Origin: Thermoanaerobaculia bacterium
GTDB lineage: Bacteria; Acidobacteriota; Thermoanaerobaculia; Multivoradales; Multivoraceae
Length of the DNA: 64,000 nt
Assembly: GCA_963666565.1 (NCBI GenBank)
Contig: OY762911.1
Coordinates: 3,424,001-3,488,000 of the forward strand
Direction: 5' to 3'
The notes under the pieces are model-generated. The model searched no databases and was not told the origin of the DNA. It saw only the letters and a list, made by a program, of their open reading frames with translations. How positions within the stretch are numbered: the first letter of the stretch is position 1; each line of letters opens with the position of its first letter. The position numbers and the translations under genes were made by a program. Of the stretch, positions 24,591 to 38,514 are shown one piece after another.

Positions 24591-25910
24591 ATGACTCGTT
24601 CCGCCCAAGCGTTTCGCCTGCTGACCGCGCTTCTCGCGGTCGCCTTTCTGAGCCTCGGTCTCGTCGCCTGCGACCAGAGCCGCGCCGACGTCCCGGTCGA
24701 GGGACCCCGCGACCTTGCGCGCGTGGCCCCTGAGACCGTCGGCATGTCGAGCGACCGGCTCGCGCGCCTCGACGACGCCATGCAGGGGCTCGTCGACGAC
24801 GGTCTGCTCGCCGGCATCACGACGATGATCTCGCGCCACGGCAAGGTCGCGCACTTCGGCACGTTCGGCCATCGCGACCTCGAGGCCGGTTCCGAGATGA
24901 CCGAGGACGTCATCTTCCGCATCTACTCGATGACCAAGCCGATCACCGGCGTCGCTCTGATGATCCTCTACGAGGAAGGCAAGTTCCGGCTCTCCGACCC
25001 GGTCCACCGCTACATCCCCGAGTTCGAGGGCCTGGTCGTCGCCAAGGAGGACGGGCCGAACGGCCAGCCGATCACCGAGCCGGCCGATCACCCGATGACC
25101 ATCCGCGAGCTGATGGCGCACACCGCCGGACTCAGCTACGGCATCTTCTCGGACACCCAGGTCGACGCGATGTACCGGGAGGCGGGCGTCATCGTCGACC
25201 CCGACCAGACCCTCAAGGGCATGATCGAGGCGCTGTCGGAGATCCCGCTGCTGTACCAGCCGGGCTCGAGATGGCACTACAGCGTCGCCGTCGACGTCCA
25301 GGGCTACCTGGTCGAGGTCCTGTCGGGCCAGCCCTTCGACGAGTTCCTGAACGAACGCCTGTTCGGCCCGCTGGGCATGAACGACACCGCGTTCCATGTA
25401 GCGGCCGACAAGGCGGACCGCTTCGCCCAGGTCTACACCCACGACGAGGACGGCAACCTGATGGCCCAGGAGGGCTTCGGCGGGCGCCGCAGCTACCTCG
25501 ATCCGCCCGCCCACCTCTCCGGCGGCGGCGGCCTGGTGTCCACCACGATGGACTACATGCGCTTCTCCCAGATGCTGCTGAACGGCGGCGAGCTGGACGG
25601 CGTCCGCATCCTCGCGCCCTCCACCGTCAAGCTGATGCACCTGAACCACCTGCCCCGCGAACTCAAGGAGATGTCGCCCGGCACCGGCTTCGGCCTGGAC
25701 TTCGCCGTCGTCCTCGACCCGGTCGCCGCCGACGGCATCTCGAAGGGAGAGTACTACTGGGGCGGCGCCGCCGGCACCTGGTTCTGGATCGATCCGAAGG
25801 AAGACCTCGTCTTCGTCGGAATGATCCAGCACTTCGGCCCGCGGCGACCCGACGTCCGCTCGCTGAGCCGGCGCCTCACCTACCAGGCGATCCTCGAACC
25901 GGCGTCGTAG
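24591..25910 (+). CDS. Serine hydrolase, beta-lactamase (class C-like) family, probable lipoprotein
   Basis: SxxK motif YSMTKP, LMAHTAGL, WHYS, WGGAAGT; lipobox-like LVAC. Confidence 0.9.
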   Translation: MTRSAQAFRLLTALLAVAFLSLGLVACDQSRADVPVEGPRDLARVAPETVGMSSDRLARLDDAMQGLVDDGLLAGITTMISRHGKVAHFGTFGHRDLEAGSEMTEDVIFRIYSMTKPITGVALMILYEEGKFRLSDPVHRYIPEFEGLVVAKEDGPNGQPITEPADHPMTIRELMAHTAGLSYGIFSDTQVDAMYREAGVIVDPDQTLKGMIEALSEIPLLYQPGSRWHYSVAVDVQGYLVEVLSGQPFDEFLNERLFGPLGMNDTAFHVAADKADRFAQVYTHDEDGNLMAQEGFGGRRSYLDPPAHLSGGGGLVSTTMDYMRFSQMLLNGGELDGVRILAPSTVKLMHLNHLPRELKEMSPGTGFGLDFAVVLDPVAADGISKGEYYWGGAAGTWFWIDPKEDLVFVGMIQHFGPRRPDVRSLSRRLTYQAILEPAS

Positions 25911-25969
25911 CGAGCCGGCGGGAGGCCGCGGCCGTCAATCGACCGGCAACGACTCTCAGCCCGGCCCAA

Positions 25970-26129
25970 GGGCATGAAGGGGTCGGGTCCCAGGTGCCTC
26001 TGAACGAGCGACGGCCCAAGCAGCACGGGCACCGACGTCGAACCGGAGCGAGTGAAGCGGAGCGAGCGCAAACCCCACCCCCCTCTTCTCAAGCGCGAGC
26101 GTCAGCTGGGACCCGACCCCTTCATGCCC
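25970..26129. repeat. Inverted-repeat-bounded intergenic element, copy B
   Basis: Perfect 24-bp IR GGGCATGAAGGGGTCGGGTCCCAG (25970-25993) / CTGGGACCCGACCCCTTCATGCCC (26106-26129) between convergent genes. Confidence 0.8.
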
Positions 26130-26196
26130 GCCCAAGGCCGGGCGGGTGCGTCCGATGCCCGTCCGGACTGCTGTACAGGCATCCGACGCTCCGTCG

Positions 26197-27444
26197 CTAA
26201 CGCTTCGCCCGCTTGCCGAACATGATCCCCGCGACACGGCGGATCTGGATTTCCTCGGAGCCTTCCGTGATCCGGTACCGCCGGTGGTGGCGGTAGATGT
26301 GCTCGAACGGCATGTGCCGGGTGTAGCCGATGCCGCCGTGGGTCTGGATGGCGCGGTCGGCGGCGTTGCAGACGAGGCGGTTCGCGCGGTAGTTGCACAT
26401 GGAGACCTTGTCGGTGACTTCCATGTGGTGCTCCCGGTCGAGCTCCCAGGCCGTCTTGTAGACCAGGTTGCGGACCATCTCGCATTCGGTCTGGAGTTCG
26501 GCGAGGGGGAACTGGATCGCCTGGTTGAGCCATAGCGGTTTGCCGAAGACGGTCCGCTTGCGCGCATACTCGACGCTCCGGTCGATGCAGTACTGCGCCG
26601 CGCCGACGCCGGAGGCGGCCTGACGGATGCGGTTCTCGTGGACGAAGGTCTGGGCCAGCGCCAGGCCGCGGCCCTCTTCGCCGAGGATCGCCTCGTTCGG
26701 CACGCGCACCTCGGTCAAGGAGACCTCGGCGTGGTCGGTCGGCATGTTGAAGGTCCACCACATGAAGGGGACCTCGAAGCCCGGCGAGTCGGTCGGCACG
26801 ATGAAGCAGGTGACGCCGTCCGCCTTTCCCGGATCGCCCGAAGTGCGGGCGAAGATCAGGTCGTGTGTGGCCGCGTGAAGGCCCGAGTTGAACCGCTTGG
26901 CGCCGTTGATCACCCAGTCGTCGCCGTCGCGGATTCCGGAGGTCTCGAGCCAGGTCGCGTCCGAGCCGTGGTCGGGCTCGGTCAGGCCGAAGCCCATCCG
27001 CACCGCTCCGGTCATCATCCCCTCCATGAACCGCTCCTTCTGGTCGGGCGTTCCGAAGCGGTGCATCATGATGACGGTCGGGAAGTTGCCGACGATCGAG
27101 GACTCGTTCTGCAGGTCGTTGTGCAGGCCGAGGCCCTTCGCGGCCAGGTGCTCCCGGATCACCGCCATCGCCAGGTTCGAGCCGTCCTGGCCGCCGAGTT
27201 CCTTCGGCAGACCGAATCGGAGGTGGCCGGCGGCGTCGGCGCGGCGCTTCATCTCGCGCAGCAGCGCTTCCCACTCGGGCCGCGGCTTGCCGTCGTTCTC
27301 GAAGTCGGTCCGCGCCCACTCCCGGCGCTGGTCGAAGAAGCGGACGTTGTCGTCCTGCCGCTCCAGCGGCTTGATCTCGCGCTCGATGAAGTCGTCGAGC
27401 TCGGCCAGCTTGTCCCTGATGTCCTGGGGAATCTCGAAGTCCAT
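26197..27444 (-). CDS. Acyl-CoA dehydrogenase
   Basis: FGLTEPDHGSD, INGAKRF, QTHGGIGY, RITEGSEEIQ. Confidence 0.93.
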   Translation of the reverse strand: MDFEIPQDIRDKLAELDDFIEREIKPLERQDDNVRFFDQRREWARTDFENDGKPRPEWEALLREMKRRADAAGHLRFGLPKELGGQDGSNLAMAVIREHLAAKGLGLHNDLQNESSIVGNFPTVIMMHRFGTPDQKERFMEGMMTGAVRMGFGLTEPDHGSDATWLETSGIRDGDDWVINGAKRFNSGLHAATHDLIFARTSGDPGKADGVTCFIVPTDSPGFEVPFMWWTFNMPTDHAEVSLTEVRVPNEAILGEEGRGLALAQTFVHENRIRQAASGVGAAQYCIDRSVEYARKRTVFGKPLWLNQAIQFPLAELQTECEMVRNLVYKTAWELDREHHMEVTDKVSMCNYRANRLVCNAADRAIQTHGGIGYTRHMPFEHIYRHHRRYRITEGSEEIQIRRVAGIMFGKRAKR

Positions 27445-27483
27445 GGTTCTCCCGCTGCGACTGTCGGCGCGCCGGCCCTCCGG

Positions 27484-28398
27484 CTAACCGGCTGCCAGGT
27501 AGGCGTCGATGATCTCCCCCAGCCGTTCCGGCGCGTCGAAGTGGACCATGTGGCCCGCCTCCGGGATCTCGACGTGGTGAACGTTGCGGAACAGGCGCAC
27601 CCGGCGCTCGATCTCGTCGGGCGCCGCCGGGGTGTCGTGGTCGATGCCGCCGCGGCCCCGGTAGAAGTCGGCGGAACGGCCGCCGGTGACCACCAGCACC
27701 GGGCAGGTCACCCAGGGCCAGCGCTCCTCCGACAGCCGGCTCGACATCGTGAGCCCCGTCGTCTCGACCTGCGGGTCCCACTTCCACTGCAGGCCGCCGT
27801 GCGGGTGTTCGGTCGTGCCGATCTCCACCAGGTGCCGCGCCAGGTCGTGATCGAGCCCTGGATGGAATCGGCAGTACAGCCGCCAGGCGTCGTCCAGGTC
27901 CATCATCGGCCGCTTGTGGCCTCCCGGCCGCAGCAGGCTCGTGTGGCCGTTCTGCAGCCGGAACTGCCGGTCCTCCACCCGCATGTCGCCCTCGCGGAAG
28001 GGGGCGCCGACGCCGTCGATGTTGACGATCGCGCTCGGCACCTCGTTGAACACCGCCGCGTAGTGGCTGACGATGTGGCCGCCCAGGCTGTGGCCCACCA
28101 GCACCGGGCGTTCCAGTTGAAGATGAAACATCACGGCGTGGAGATCGGCGATGAAGTGCGGCAAGGCGTAAACGCCGGGCTTGCCGCTGTCGCCGTGGCC
28201 GCGCAGGTCGAAGGAGACGACCCGGTAGCGGTCGCGGAACCGGTTCGCCAGCGGCTCGAACGCCATCGCCAGGTCCTGCATCCCGTGCAGCAGGACGAGA
28301 GGCGGCGCGCCCTCGTTGCCGTAGTCGTAGACCTGCAGTTCGATGCCGCCCGCGCCGGACAGGCGCAGACTCCGGGGCGAAGACGGGTTTTCCGGCAT
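27484..28398 (-). CDS. Alpha/beta fold hydrolase
   Basis: [24 protein letters not shown]; start set at MPENP. Confidence 0.9.
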   Translation of the reverse strand: MPENPSSPRSLRLSGAGGIELQVYDYGNEGAPPLVLLHGMQDLAMAFEPLANRFRDRYRVVSFDLRGHGDSGKPGVYALPHFIADLHAVMFHLQLERPVLVGHSLGGHIVSHYAAVFNEVPSAIVNIDGVGAPFREGDMRVEDRQFRLQNGHTSLLRPGGHKRPMMDLDDAWRLYCRFHPGLDHDLARHLVEIGTTEHPHGGLQWKWDPQVETTGLTMSSRLSEERWPWVTCPVLVVTGGRSADFYRGRGGIDHDTPAAPDEIERRVRLFRNVHHVEIPEAGHMVHFDAPERLGEIIDAYLAAG

Positions 28399-28529
28399 GG
28401 CGCCCGAGGATACGCCAAGCACGGCGGACGTCCCGGCCCGGCCGGTCGAGGGCCCGCGTACCGGCGAGTCGTCCGCGCCGAGTACACTCCACCGCGCAGG
28501 CCCACCAACAGCCCGGAGAACCCGACGAG

Positions 28530-30581
<2,052 letters not shown>

Positions 30582-30617
30582 CCCGGGCCGCTCGGGAAGG
30601 GTGACCGCGACGCCGCG

Positions 30618-32396
<1,779 letters not shown>

Positions 32397-32421
32397 TGAC
32401 GGCCGACAAGGAGGATCGACA

Positions 32422-33021
32422 ATGAAGACTCAGTTCCGCAGGACGGCAGCGGCGGCGATCGGCTTGGCTCTCGTCGCCGGTTCCCTCTCGGCTCAGTGGA
32501 CGCGGCGCGAGACCGGGCCCAGAATTCCGCCGGTCGAGAGCGTCGAGAGCATCAACCTGATCCGCACCCTCTCCCATCACCCGCCGCTGATGGAGGCCTG
32601 GGGACCGTTCGGGGGTTACATCCTGCGCGGCAGCACTCTGCCCGACCGCGACCGCGAGATGGTCATCCTGCGCACCGCGTGGCTCAACGAGGCGGAGTAC
32701 GAATGGGGTCACCACGCGCGCGCAGCCAGGGCCGCCGGAATGACGGACGAGGAGATCCGCAACGTCGCCGTGGGCGAGAACGCCGGTCCGTGGAGCAGCT
32801 TCGAGCGCTACCTCCTGCGCGCCGCGACCGAACTCCACCGGCGCTCGGCGATCTCCGAACGGACCTGGGCGTTTCTCAAGGCCCGCTACAGCGACCAGCA
32901 GATGATCGACCTGATCTTCACGGTCGGTCAGTACCGAATGGTGTCGATGGCGCTCAGGAGCATCGGCATCGAGCTCGACGAGGGTCTGGAGCCCTTCCCC
33001 GAGGATGTGCCGCGCCGCTAG
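32422..33021 (+). CDS. Carboxymuconolactone decarboxylase/AhpD-like protein with signal peptide
   Basis: SD AGGAGG; LPDRDREMVILR, YEWGHH, DLIFTVGQY. Confidence 0.82.
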   Translation: MKTQFRRTAAAAIGLALVAGSLSAQWTRRETGPRIPPVESVESINLIRTLSHHPPLMEAWGPFGGYILRGSTLPDRDREMVILRTAWLNEAEYEWGHHARAARAAGMTDEEIRNVAVGENAGPWSSFERYLLRAATELHRRSAISERTWAFLKARYSDQQMIDLIFTVGQYRMVSMALRSIGIELDEGLEPFPEDVPRR

Positions 33022-33140
33022 CGCGCCAACCTCCCGCAAGCCATGCGCCCCGCTGATCCCTGCCTCACCGCACCTCGAGTCGGACAACGCTCTCATCAGC
33101 ATTCTGCGCCGCAGGTTGCCGGAAAGAGCAAGGGCCGGAC

Positions 33141-33734
33141 ATGACGAACGCTGGCAGCTATAGGGACGCGCCCTATCTCTTCCATCTGACACACGAGCGG
33201 AACATCCCGGGCATGCTGGCGGAAGGCGCCTTGCTCTCCCATGACAAGGCGTACCGCAACCGCCGTCCTGTCGACGTCTCCGACCCCAAGGTCCAGGCGA
33301 AGCGCGCCGCAAAGGTCGACCCACTCTACGGACGGCCGCTCCACGACTACGTGAATCTCTACTTCAGGGCCAGAGGTCCGATGCTCTCCAAGCGACGCGA
33401 ACTGCGGGCGTTCATCGTTGTGCTCTACGTGGACCGCAGCCTCCTGCACCGCCCCGACGTGATCTTCACCGACGGCAACGCCGCTTCGGCTAGCACCCGG
33501 TTCTTCTCCGACCCGAAGCATCTCGAAGAACTCGACTGGGACTGCCTGAACGCCAAGTACTGGCAGGACTTTCCTGAAGGGAAGCGCAAGCGCGCCGCCG
33601 AAGTCCTCGTACCGCACCGAATCGGTCTGGCCCTCATCGCGAAGGCAGTGGTATGCGAGGATTCCCTCCGCTCCAAGCTCCAGGCGCAGGGCTGGGACAC
33701 GCCCGTGGAGGTACGGCAGGACTGGTTCTTCTGA
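33141..33734 (+). CDS. darT: DarT-type DNA ADP-ribosyltransferase toxin (DUF4433)
   Basis: LFHLTHERNI, LHDYVNLYF...PML, FTDGNAAS, AEVLV (catalytic Glu position). Confidence 0.88.
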   Translation: MTNAGSYRDAPYLFHLTHERNIPGMLAEGALLSHDKAYRNRRPVDVSDPKVQAKRAAKVDPLYGRPLHDYVNLYFRARGPMLSKRRELRAFIVVLYVDRSLLHRPDVIFTDGNAASASTRFFSDPKHLEELDWDCLNAKYWQDFPEGKRKRAAEVLVPHRIGLALIAKAVVCEDSLRSKLQAQGWDTPVEVRQDWFF

Positions 33735-33735
33735 C

Positions 33736-34494
33736 ATGAAGCACGCGAAGGTCGTCCACGGAAACATCTTCACCAGCGGGCATCAGACGCTGGTAAACCC
33801 GGTGAACTGCGTAGGCGTGATGGGCACTGGCTTGGCCCTGGAGTTCAAGCTCCGCTATCCAGAGATGTTCGACCGCTACGCGACGCTCTGCCGCAGAGGT
33901 CAGATGGAGATCGGCAAGCTTTGGCTGTACACGGATACGAACGCGGCCTTCAAGGGACAGAAGCGCGTGCTCAACTTCCCCACCAAGAAGCACTGGCGTT
34001 GGCCGTCCAGGATGGAGTACCTGGAAGTCGGGCTCCGCAAGTTCATGGAGACGTACCATGAACGCCAGATCACGTCCGCAGCCTTCCCACTCCTGGGCGC
34101 TCAGAACGGCGGTCTGGACGAGGAGGAGGTGCTCGCGCTGATGCGCGACCAGCTCGATCCCTGCGTCGTGCCGGTCGAGATCTACCGCTACGAGCCCACC
34201 GCGAAGGATGAGTGGATCGACCGGCTCCGGCAGCGCTGCCGTGAGTTGGACTCGGCTGACTTGGCAAGAGCGGCGACCGTCACGGCAAAGCGAGCCGACG
34301 CCATCCAGCAAGCGCTCGCACGAAACGGCGTCGCCACCGTAGGGCAGTTGGCTTCCGTCCCGGGTATCGGCGAGAGAACGGTGGCCCGGGTCTTCGGTTG
34401 GCTGCGCCGAACCGAGGAACCTCCGGGGCCCCCTGCCGCGCCGGCGGTACCCGAACAACGATCAATCCCCGGAACCGTCTGTGACTACGACTGA
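33736..34494 (+). CDS. darG: DarG-type macrodomain antitoxin with C-terminal helix-hairpin-helix
   Basis: GNIF, LVNPVNCVGVMGTGLALEFK, NFPTKKHW, FPLLGAQNGGL; starts 1 nt after the darT stop; C-terminal VPGIGERT. Confidence 0.85.
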   Translation: MKHAKVVHGNIFTSGHQTLVNPVNCVGVMGTGLALEFKLRYPEMFDRYATLCRRGQMEIGKLWLYTDTNAAFKGQKRVLNFPTKKHWRWPSRMEYLEVGLRKFMETYHERQITSAAFPLLGAQNGGLDEEEVLALMRDQLDPCVVPVEIYRYEPTAKDEWIDRLRQRCRELDSADLARAATVTAKRADAIQQALARNGVATVGQLASVPGIGERTVARVFGWLRRTEEPPGPPAAPAVPEQRSIPGTVCDYD

Positions 34495-35074
34495 CGAAGA
34501 GCAAACCGCCGTCTGGAAGACGCTTGAGGACAACAACTCTGACTTCAAGGCCAGCATCTCAGCCATCCTCGCCGCCGAACTTGCCGCAGCGGCAGCGGCC
34601 AGACTCGCTCCTGCGGACTTCGTAGCCACGTTTGCCCCGGCCTACGCCGCCAAGATTGCCGCCGACCCCGTTCTCGCCGCGGACCGCGCCTTTGACGCAA
34701 ATGCCTTCGCCATCCAGTCTCTTGGCAGTATCCCAAGCCAGCATGCAAGGAACGCCGCAGACGCAATTGCCGCCAGCATCGCCGGTACCGCCGCCGCGGG
34801 GACGGCGGTAGGGGACGTCCTCGGCGTACCTTACTTCGCTCGAATCGCCGAAGCCGTAATCCGAAAGGAGGCCGAATCGGACTGGCGCGGGTCAGTCGAG
34901 AAGCACATGCTCGGCAAGTCCGACGACGCTGGCTTAGTGGTCTACTCTGCCTACGCAAACGCGATATCCCCCGCCATCGCCGCAGCGGCCCCCGCAATCG
35001 CCGCCAAGATTGCCGGAATCGCTGCCGCCCAATGGAACGTAGTCATCAACCGCACGGGGATAGCAAGACCCTGA
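34481..35074 (+). CDS. Ala-rich hypothetical protein overlapping darG
   Basis: 197-aa ORF overlapping the darG 3' end by 14 nt; shares the less GC-biased codon usage of the islet. Confidence 0.6.
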   Translation: MTTTDEEQTAVWKTLEDNNSDFKASISAILAAELAAAAAARLAPADFVATFAPAYAAKIAADPVLAADRAFDANAFAIQSLGSIPSQHARNAADAIAASIAGTAAAGTAVGDVLGVPYFARIAEAVIRKEAESDWRGSVEKHMLGKSDDAGLVVYSAYANAISPAIAAAAPAIAAKIAGIAAAQWNVVINRTGIARP

Positions 35075-35180
35075 AGAACTGGCTGCGATCTCTACCTTGA
35101 GTCAGATTGCAGAGGGCACACCAGTCGCTGAACCATCGCCGCCTCGCGGTGGCCCGCTCCCTGGCGCAACGACGTTTAGG

Positions 35181-36104
35181 CTAGCTCCTGCCGGAAAGGT
35201 GTTCGCGAACTTCGGCGAGTCGTCTGATCGACCGGAGTACCCGCGCCGGGTCCTGGACCAGGTGCCGCACGACGACTTCGTCGTAGCCCGCCTCGCCCAG
35301 CTCGGCGAACGCGGCGGCGACGCGTTCCGTATCGCCAAGCATCAGCGCCTCGCGGGGGAAGCCCCGATAGCCGCGCGAGATGACGCCCGCCGCCGCGGCC
35401 TCGGCCTCGGCGGCCGACTCGCCCACGTAGATGTCGCGCCGGATCGCGCAGACGCCGGCCGGGCGGCCGTGGCGTTCGCAGGCCTCCCGGTAGAGGGCGA
35501 GTTGCTCCGTTGCCTCCGCCGACGCCAGGCCCGGCGCCGCCAGCCAGCCGTCGCCCAGGCGCGCGGCGCGGTCGATCGCCGGCGGCGCGGAGGCGCCGAT
35601 CCAGACCTCGACCGGTTCCGGCGGGCGGGGCGAGACGCGGGCCTCCGTCAGCCCGAAACGGTCCTTCTCGCCGCCGGTCGTCACGGTCTCGCCTGCCCAC
35701 AGCCGGCGCAGGATGGAGAGCGACTGCTCGAACCGGGACGGGCGCTCGCGCGGCGACACGCCCATCGCCGCGAACTGGTTGTCCGCCGGTCCGATGGCGC
35801 ACTGGAGGATGAACCGGCCCTCCATCACGCTGGCCAGCGTCCCCACCTGCTCGGCGACGATCAGCGGATGCCAGAGCGGAAGCAGGTAGAGCGCGCCCGC
35901 CGGGCGGTCGCCCCATTCGGCCAGCATCCGGCCCAGGATCGCCGTGTTCTGGTAGTACGGCAGGGGGGTCGCGTGGTGGTCGCCGACGAAGAGCGCGTCG
36001 AGGCCGGCGTCGCGGGCCGCGCGGGCGCGGTCGATCATCCTCCGCGCCCCCTCGCGGGGATCGTCCACGTTGTATGCGCTCTGGACGGAGATGCTCACTC
36101 GCAT
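35181..36104 (-). CDS. LLM-class (luciferase-like) flavin-dependent oxidoreductase
   Basis: FVGDHH, HPLIVAEQVGTL, WIGAS...AARLGDGW; SD GGAGG before MRVSIS. Confidence 0.88.
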   Translation of the reverse strand: MRVSISVQSAYNVDDPREGARRMIDRARAARDAGLDALFVGDHHATPLPYYQNTAILGRMLAEWGDRPAGALYLLPLWHPLIVAEQVGTLASVMEGRFILQCAIGPADNQFAAMGVSPRERPSRFEQSLSILRRLWAGETVTTGGEKDRFGLTEARVSPRPPEPVEVWIGASAPPAIDRAARLGDGWLAAPGLASAEATEQLALYREACERHGRPAGVCAIRRDIYVGESAAEAEAAAAGVISRGYRGFPREALMLGDTERVAAAFAELGEAGYDEVVVRHLVQDPARVLRSIRRLAEVREHLSGRS

Positions 36105-36262
36105 GGCTGGTCCTCCCGGATCAATGTACAGCAGCGCGCGGGCTGCTACGATTCGCGCCGCACCCACAACGCCCGGACCGGGCGCGGCAGCAGGTGCCGC
36201 GGGCACGCCGGAAGGCCGGCGCACCCGGTCCCGGCCGCGCAAACCACCCAGGAACCCACAAG

Positions 36263-36544
36263 ATGCCCGAACTGATTCTCGCCGCCTACGTCTACCCCGC
36301 CGGAGCCCTGATCGCCGGCGTCCTCGGCGCCGCCGCCGGCGCCCTGGTCGTCGTCATCATCGCCGAAGGCGCCAGCACGGAACCCGTCCCCCGACGGATG
36401 ATCCCGATCTGGATGTGGCTGGTCTTCTGGATTCCGGTCGGCCTGATCCTGATGCTCACCGACATGCCGGGCTGGCTGCGGACGCTGCTGTTCCTGATTC
36501 CGCTGGGGCTGACCATCGGACTCTTCAACCGCCGCGCCGCCTGA
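36263..36544 (+). CDS. Small membrane protein (about three TM helices)
   Basis: Hydrophobic MPELILAAYVYP... segment of track ORF 36074..36544; ends 4 nt before the next gene. Confidence 0.7.
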   Translation: MPELILAAYVYPAGALIAGVLGAAAGALVVVIIAEGASTEPVPRRMIPIWMWLVFWIPVGLILMLTDMPGWLRTLLFLIPLGLTIGLFNRRAA

Positions 36545-36548
36545 CCCG

Positions 36549-37346
36549 GTGCCGTCCGCGACCGCAGCCGACGGCGCGCGGATCCGCTACCGGCTGGAAG
36601 GCAGCGGGCCGCTCGTCGTCTTCACGCACGGGCTGGGCGGTCACCTGGACTACTGGGCGCCCACGGTAGAAACGCTACGGGACCGCTACACGGTTCTGAC
36701 CTGGGACGTCAGGGGATTCGGCGGCTCGGAACGGCGCCCCGACACGATGGCGCCGGAGACCTGGGCAGCCGATCTTGCCGCCGTGCTCGACGAGGTCGGC
36801 ACCGACGACGCCGTGATCGCCGGTTTCTCCATGGGCGGCGTCGTCTCGCAACGGTTCGCGCTGGACTTCCCTGCTCGCACGCGGGCGCTGATTCTGATCA
36901 GCACCTCGAGCGAAGTGAACGAACGCGCCGAAGCCGGCTGGAACGCCCGCGCCGACCTGGTCGAGCGAGACGGCTTGGCCAAGGCCTTCGCGCCGACCGA
37001 ACCCGCCTTCTCCTATGGCAAGGAGTACCGGGAACGCCATGCCGAGGAAATCGCCGAGGCCGCGCGTCTCACCATCGAACGGAACGACGCCGCCTCCTAC
37101 GCAGCCGCCTGCCGCGCGGTCTCGAACATCGACTACACAGCGGATCTGGAGACCCTCACCTTCCCCACCCTGATCCTTCAGGGCCTCGAGGACGCCCTCA
37201 CCCCACCCGGCGGCAGCGTCATCATGTCCCGCCGGATCCAGGGCGCCCGCCTGGTCATGCTCGAGAACTGCGGCCACTGGATCCCCACCGAACGCCCCGA
37301 CGAGTTCCACGCCGAGGTCGAGACGTTCCTGGGCGCGCTGGCGTAG
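36549..37346 (+). CDS. Alpha/beta hydrolase (enol-lactone hydrolase-like)
   Basis: HGLGG, DVRGFGGS, GFSMGG, CGHW. Confidence 0.88.
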   Translation: MPSATAADGARIRYRLEGSGPLVVFTHGLGGHLDYWAPTVETLRDRYTVLTWDVRGFGGSERRPDTMAPETWAADLAAVLDEVGTDDAVIAGFSMGGVVSQRFALDFPARTRALILISTSSEVNERAEAGWNARADLVERDGLAKAFAPTEPAFSYGKEYRERHAEEIAEAARLTIERNDAASYAAACRAVSNIDYTADLETLTFPTLILQGLEDALTPPGGSVIMSRRIQGARLVMLENCGHWIPTERPDEFHAEVETFLGALA

Positions 37347-37487
37347 CTGCTGCGGAGAGGCGGAGGCGGTACCCGCCTGCCTGGTCGGGACTCCGGGGGA
37401 TGGGTTCCAACCAGGCGGGTGCCCCGACGACCTCCGCTAACATCGAGCACTGACGTCTCGAACAGACCCGGCAGGAGGAATCGGAAA

Positions 37488-38492
37488 ATGGGAACGCACA
37501 CCCGGAAGTTCCGCGCGCATGGCCTCGCTCTGACGGCCGTTCTGGCTGCCGCCGTGGCCTCGGCGCCCGCTCTGGCGGCTGGAGACTTGCTGGATGTCGA
37601 GGGCTACCCGACCCTGGTCCGCAAGCCGGTCGAGATCTGGAGCGACGGCACCCGGCTGGCCGGCGATGTCTTCTACCCGAAGGCGACCGCCGAGGGCGAG
37701 AAGTTGCCGGCGATCGTGCTCTGTCACGGCTGGGGCGGCACGAAGGCGCACCTGAACCGCGGGATCGCGCCGCGTTTCGCCGCCGCCGGCTATCTGGTCC
37801 TCGCCTTCGACTACCGCGGCTGGGGCGAAAGCGATTCGCGCCTCGTCGTCCGCGGCGAGATGCCGAAGCCCGACGACGACGGCTACGTGACGGTGAAAGC
37901 GCAGGCGATCCGGCAGCTCGTCGATCCGCTCGACCAGCAGGAGGACATCGATGCCGCGATCTCGTTCGTCGAGGGCGAACCGCACGCGGACGCCTCGCGA
38001 ATCGGTATCTGGGGCTCCAGCTTCGGCGGCGGCCACGTCATCTGGCGAGCGGCCCACGACCGTCGCGTCAAGGCGGTCGCCGCCCAGGTCGGCGCGATGG
38101 ACCAGCGGGCCGGGCTGGTGGCGGCGCCGGGCGGTCTCAAGGGCTTCCACCGGACGGCGATCCAGCGCGCCCGCGGCGAGATCGAGCCGGTACCGGTCGG
38201 CGCCGCGCAGCCCGAAGGCCTGACCGGCAGCCCGTACTACGAGCGCTTCGCGAAGTTCTCACCCGTGGAGGACGCGCACCTCATCACGGCGCCCACGATC
38301 ATCATCGACGCGGAGCAGGAGCACTACTTCGACATCCGGGAACACGGCCAGCGGGTCTTCAAGATCCTCTCCGGCCGCGTCCCGGTCGAGTACCACGCCT
38401 GGGACATGAGCCACTACGACATCTACGGCGGCGACTGGCTCGACAAGGCGATGGCGGCCGAGATCGACTTCTTCGACCGGCACCTGAAGTAG
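37488..38492 (+). CDS. Secreted alpha/beta hydrolase (S9/S15-like)
   Basis: Signal peptide, CHGWGG, FDYRGWGES, GSSFGGG. Confidence 0.85.
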   Translation: MGTHTRKFRAHGLALTAVLAAAVASAPALAAGDLLDVEGYPTLVRKPVEIWSDGTRLAGDVFYPKATAEGEKLPAIVLCHGWGGTKAHLNRGIAPRFAAAGYLVLAFDYRGWGESDSRLVVRGEMPKPDDDGYVTVKAQAIRQLVDPLDQQEDIDAAISFVEGEPHADASRIGIWGSSFGGGHVIWRAAHDRRVKAVAAQVGAMDQRAGLVAAPGGLKGFHRTAIQRARGEIEPVPVGAAQPEGLTGSPYYERFAKFSPVEDAHLITAPTIIIDAEQEHYFDIREHGQRVFKILSGRVPVEYHAWDMSHYDIYGGDWLDKAMAAEIDFFDRHLK

Positions 38493-38514
38493 CGGCGGCC
38501 TGGCGGCCGCGCGG

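Noticed and set aside
33021-35180. Mobile element boundaries around darTG
   Set aside because: No integrase, transposase, flanking direct repeats or tRNA target seen.
37360-37440. Imperfect hairpin (GTACCCGCCTG...CAGGCGGGTGC) between two hydrolase genes
   Set aside because: Single copy, imperfect and without a U-tract; cannot be distinguished from chance GC-rich pairing.
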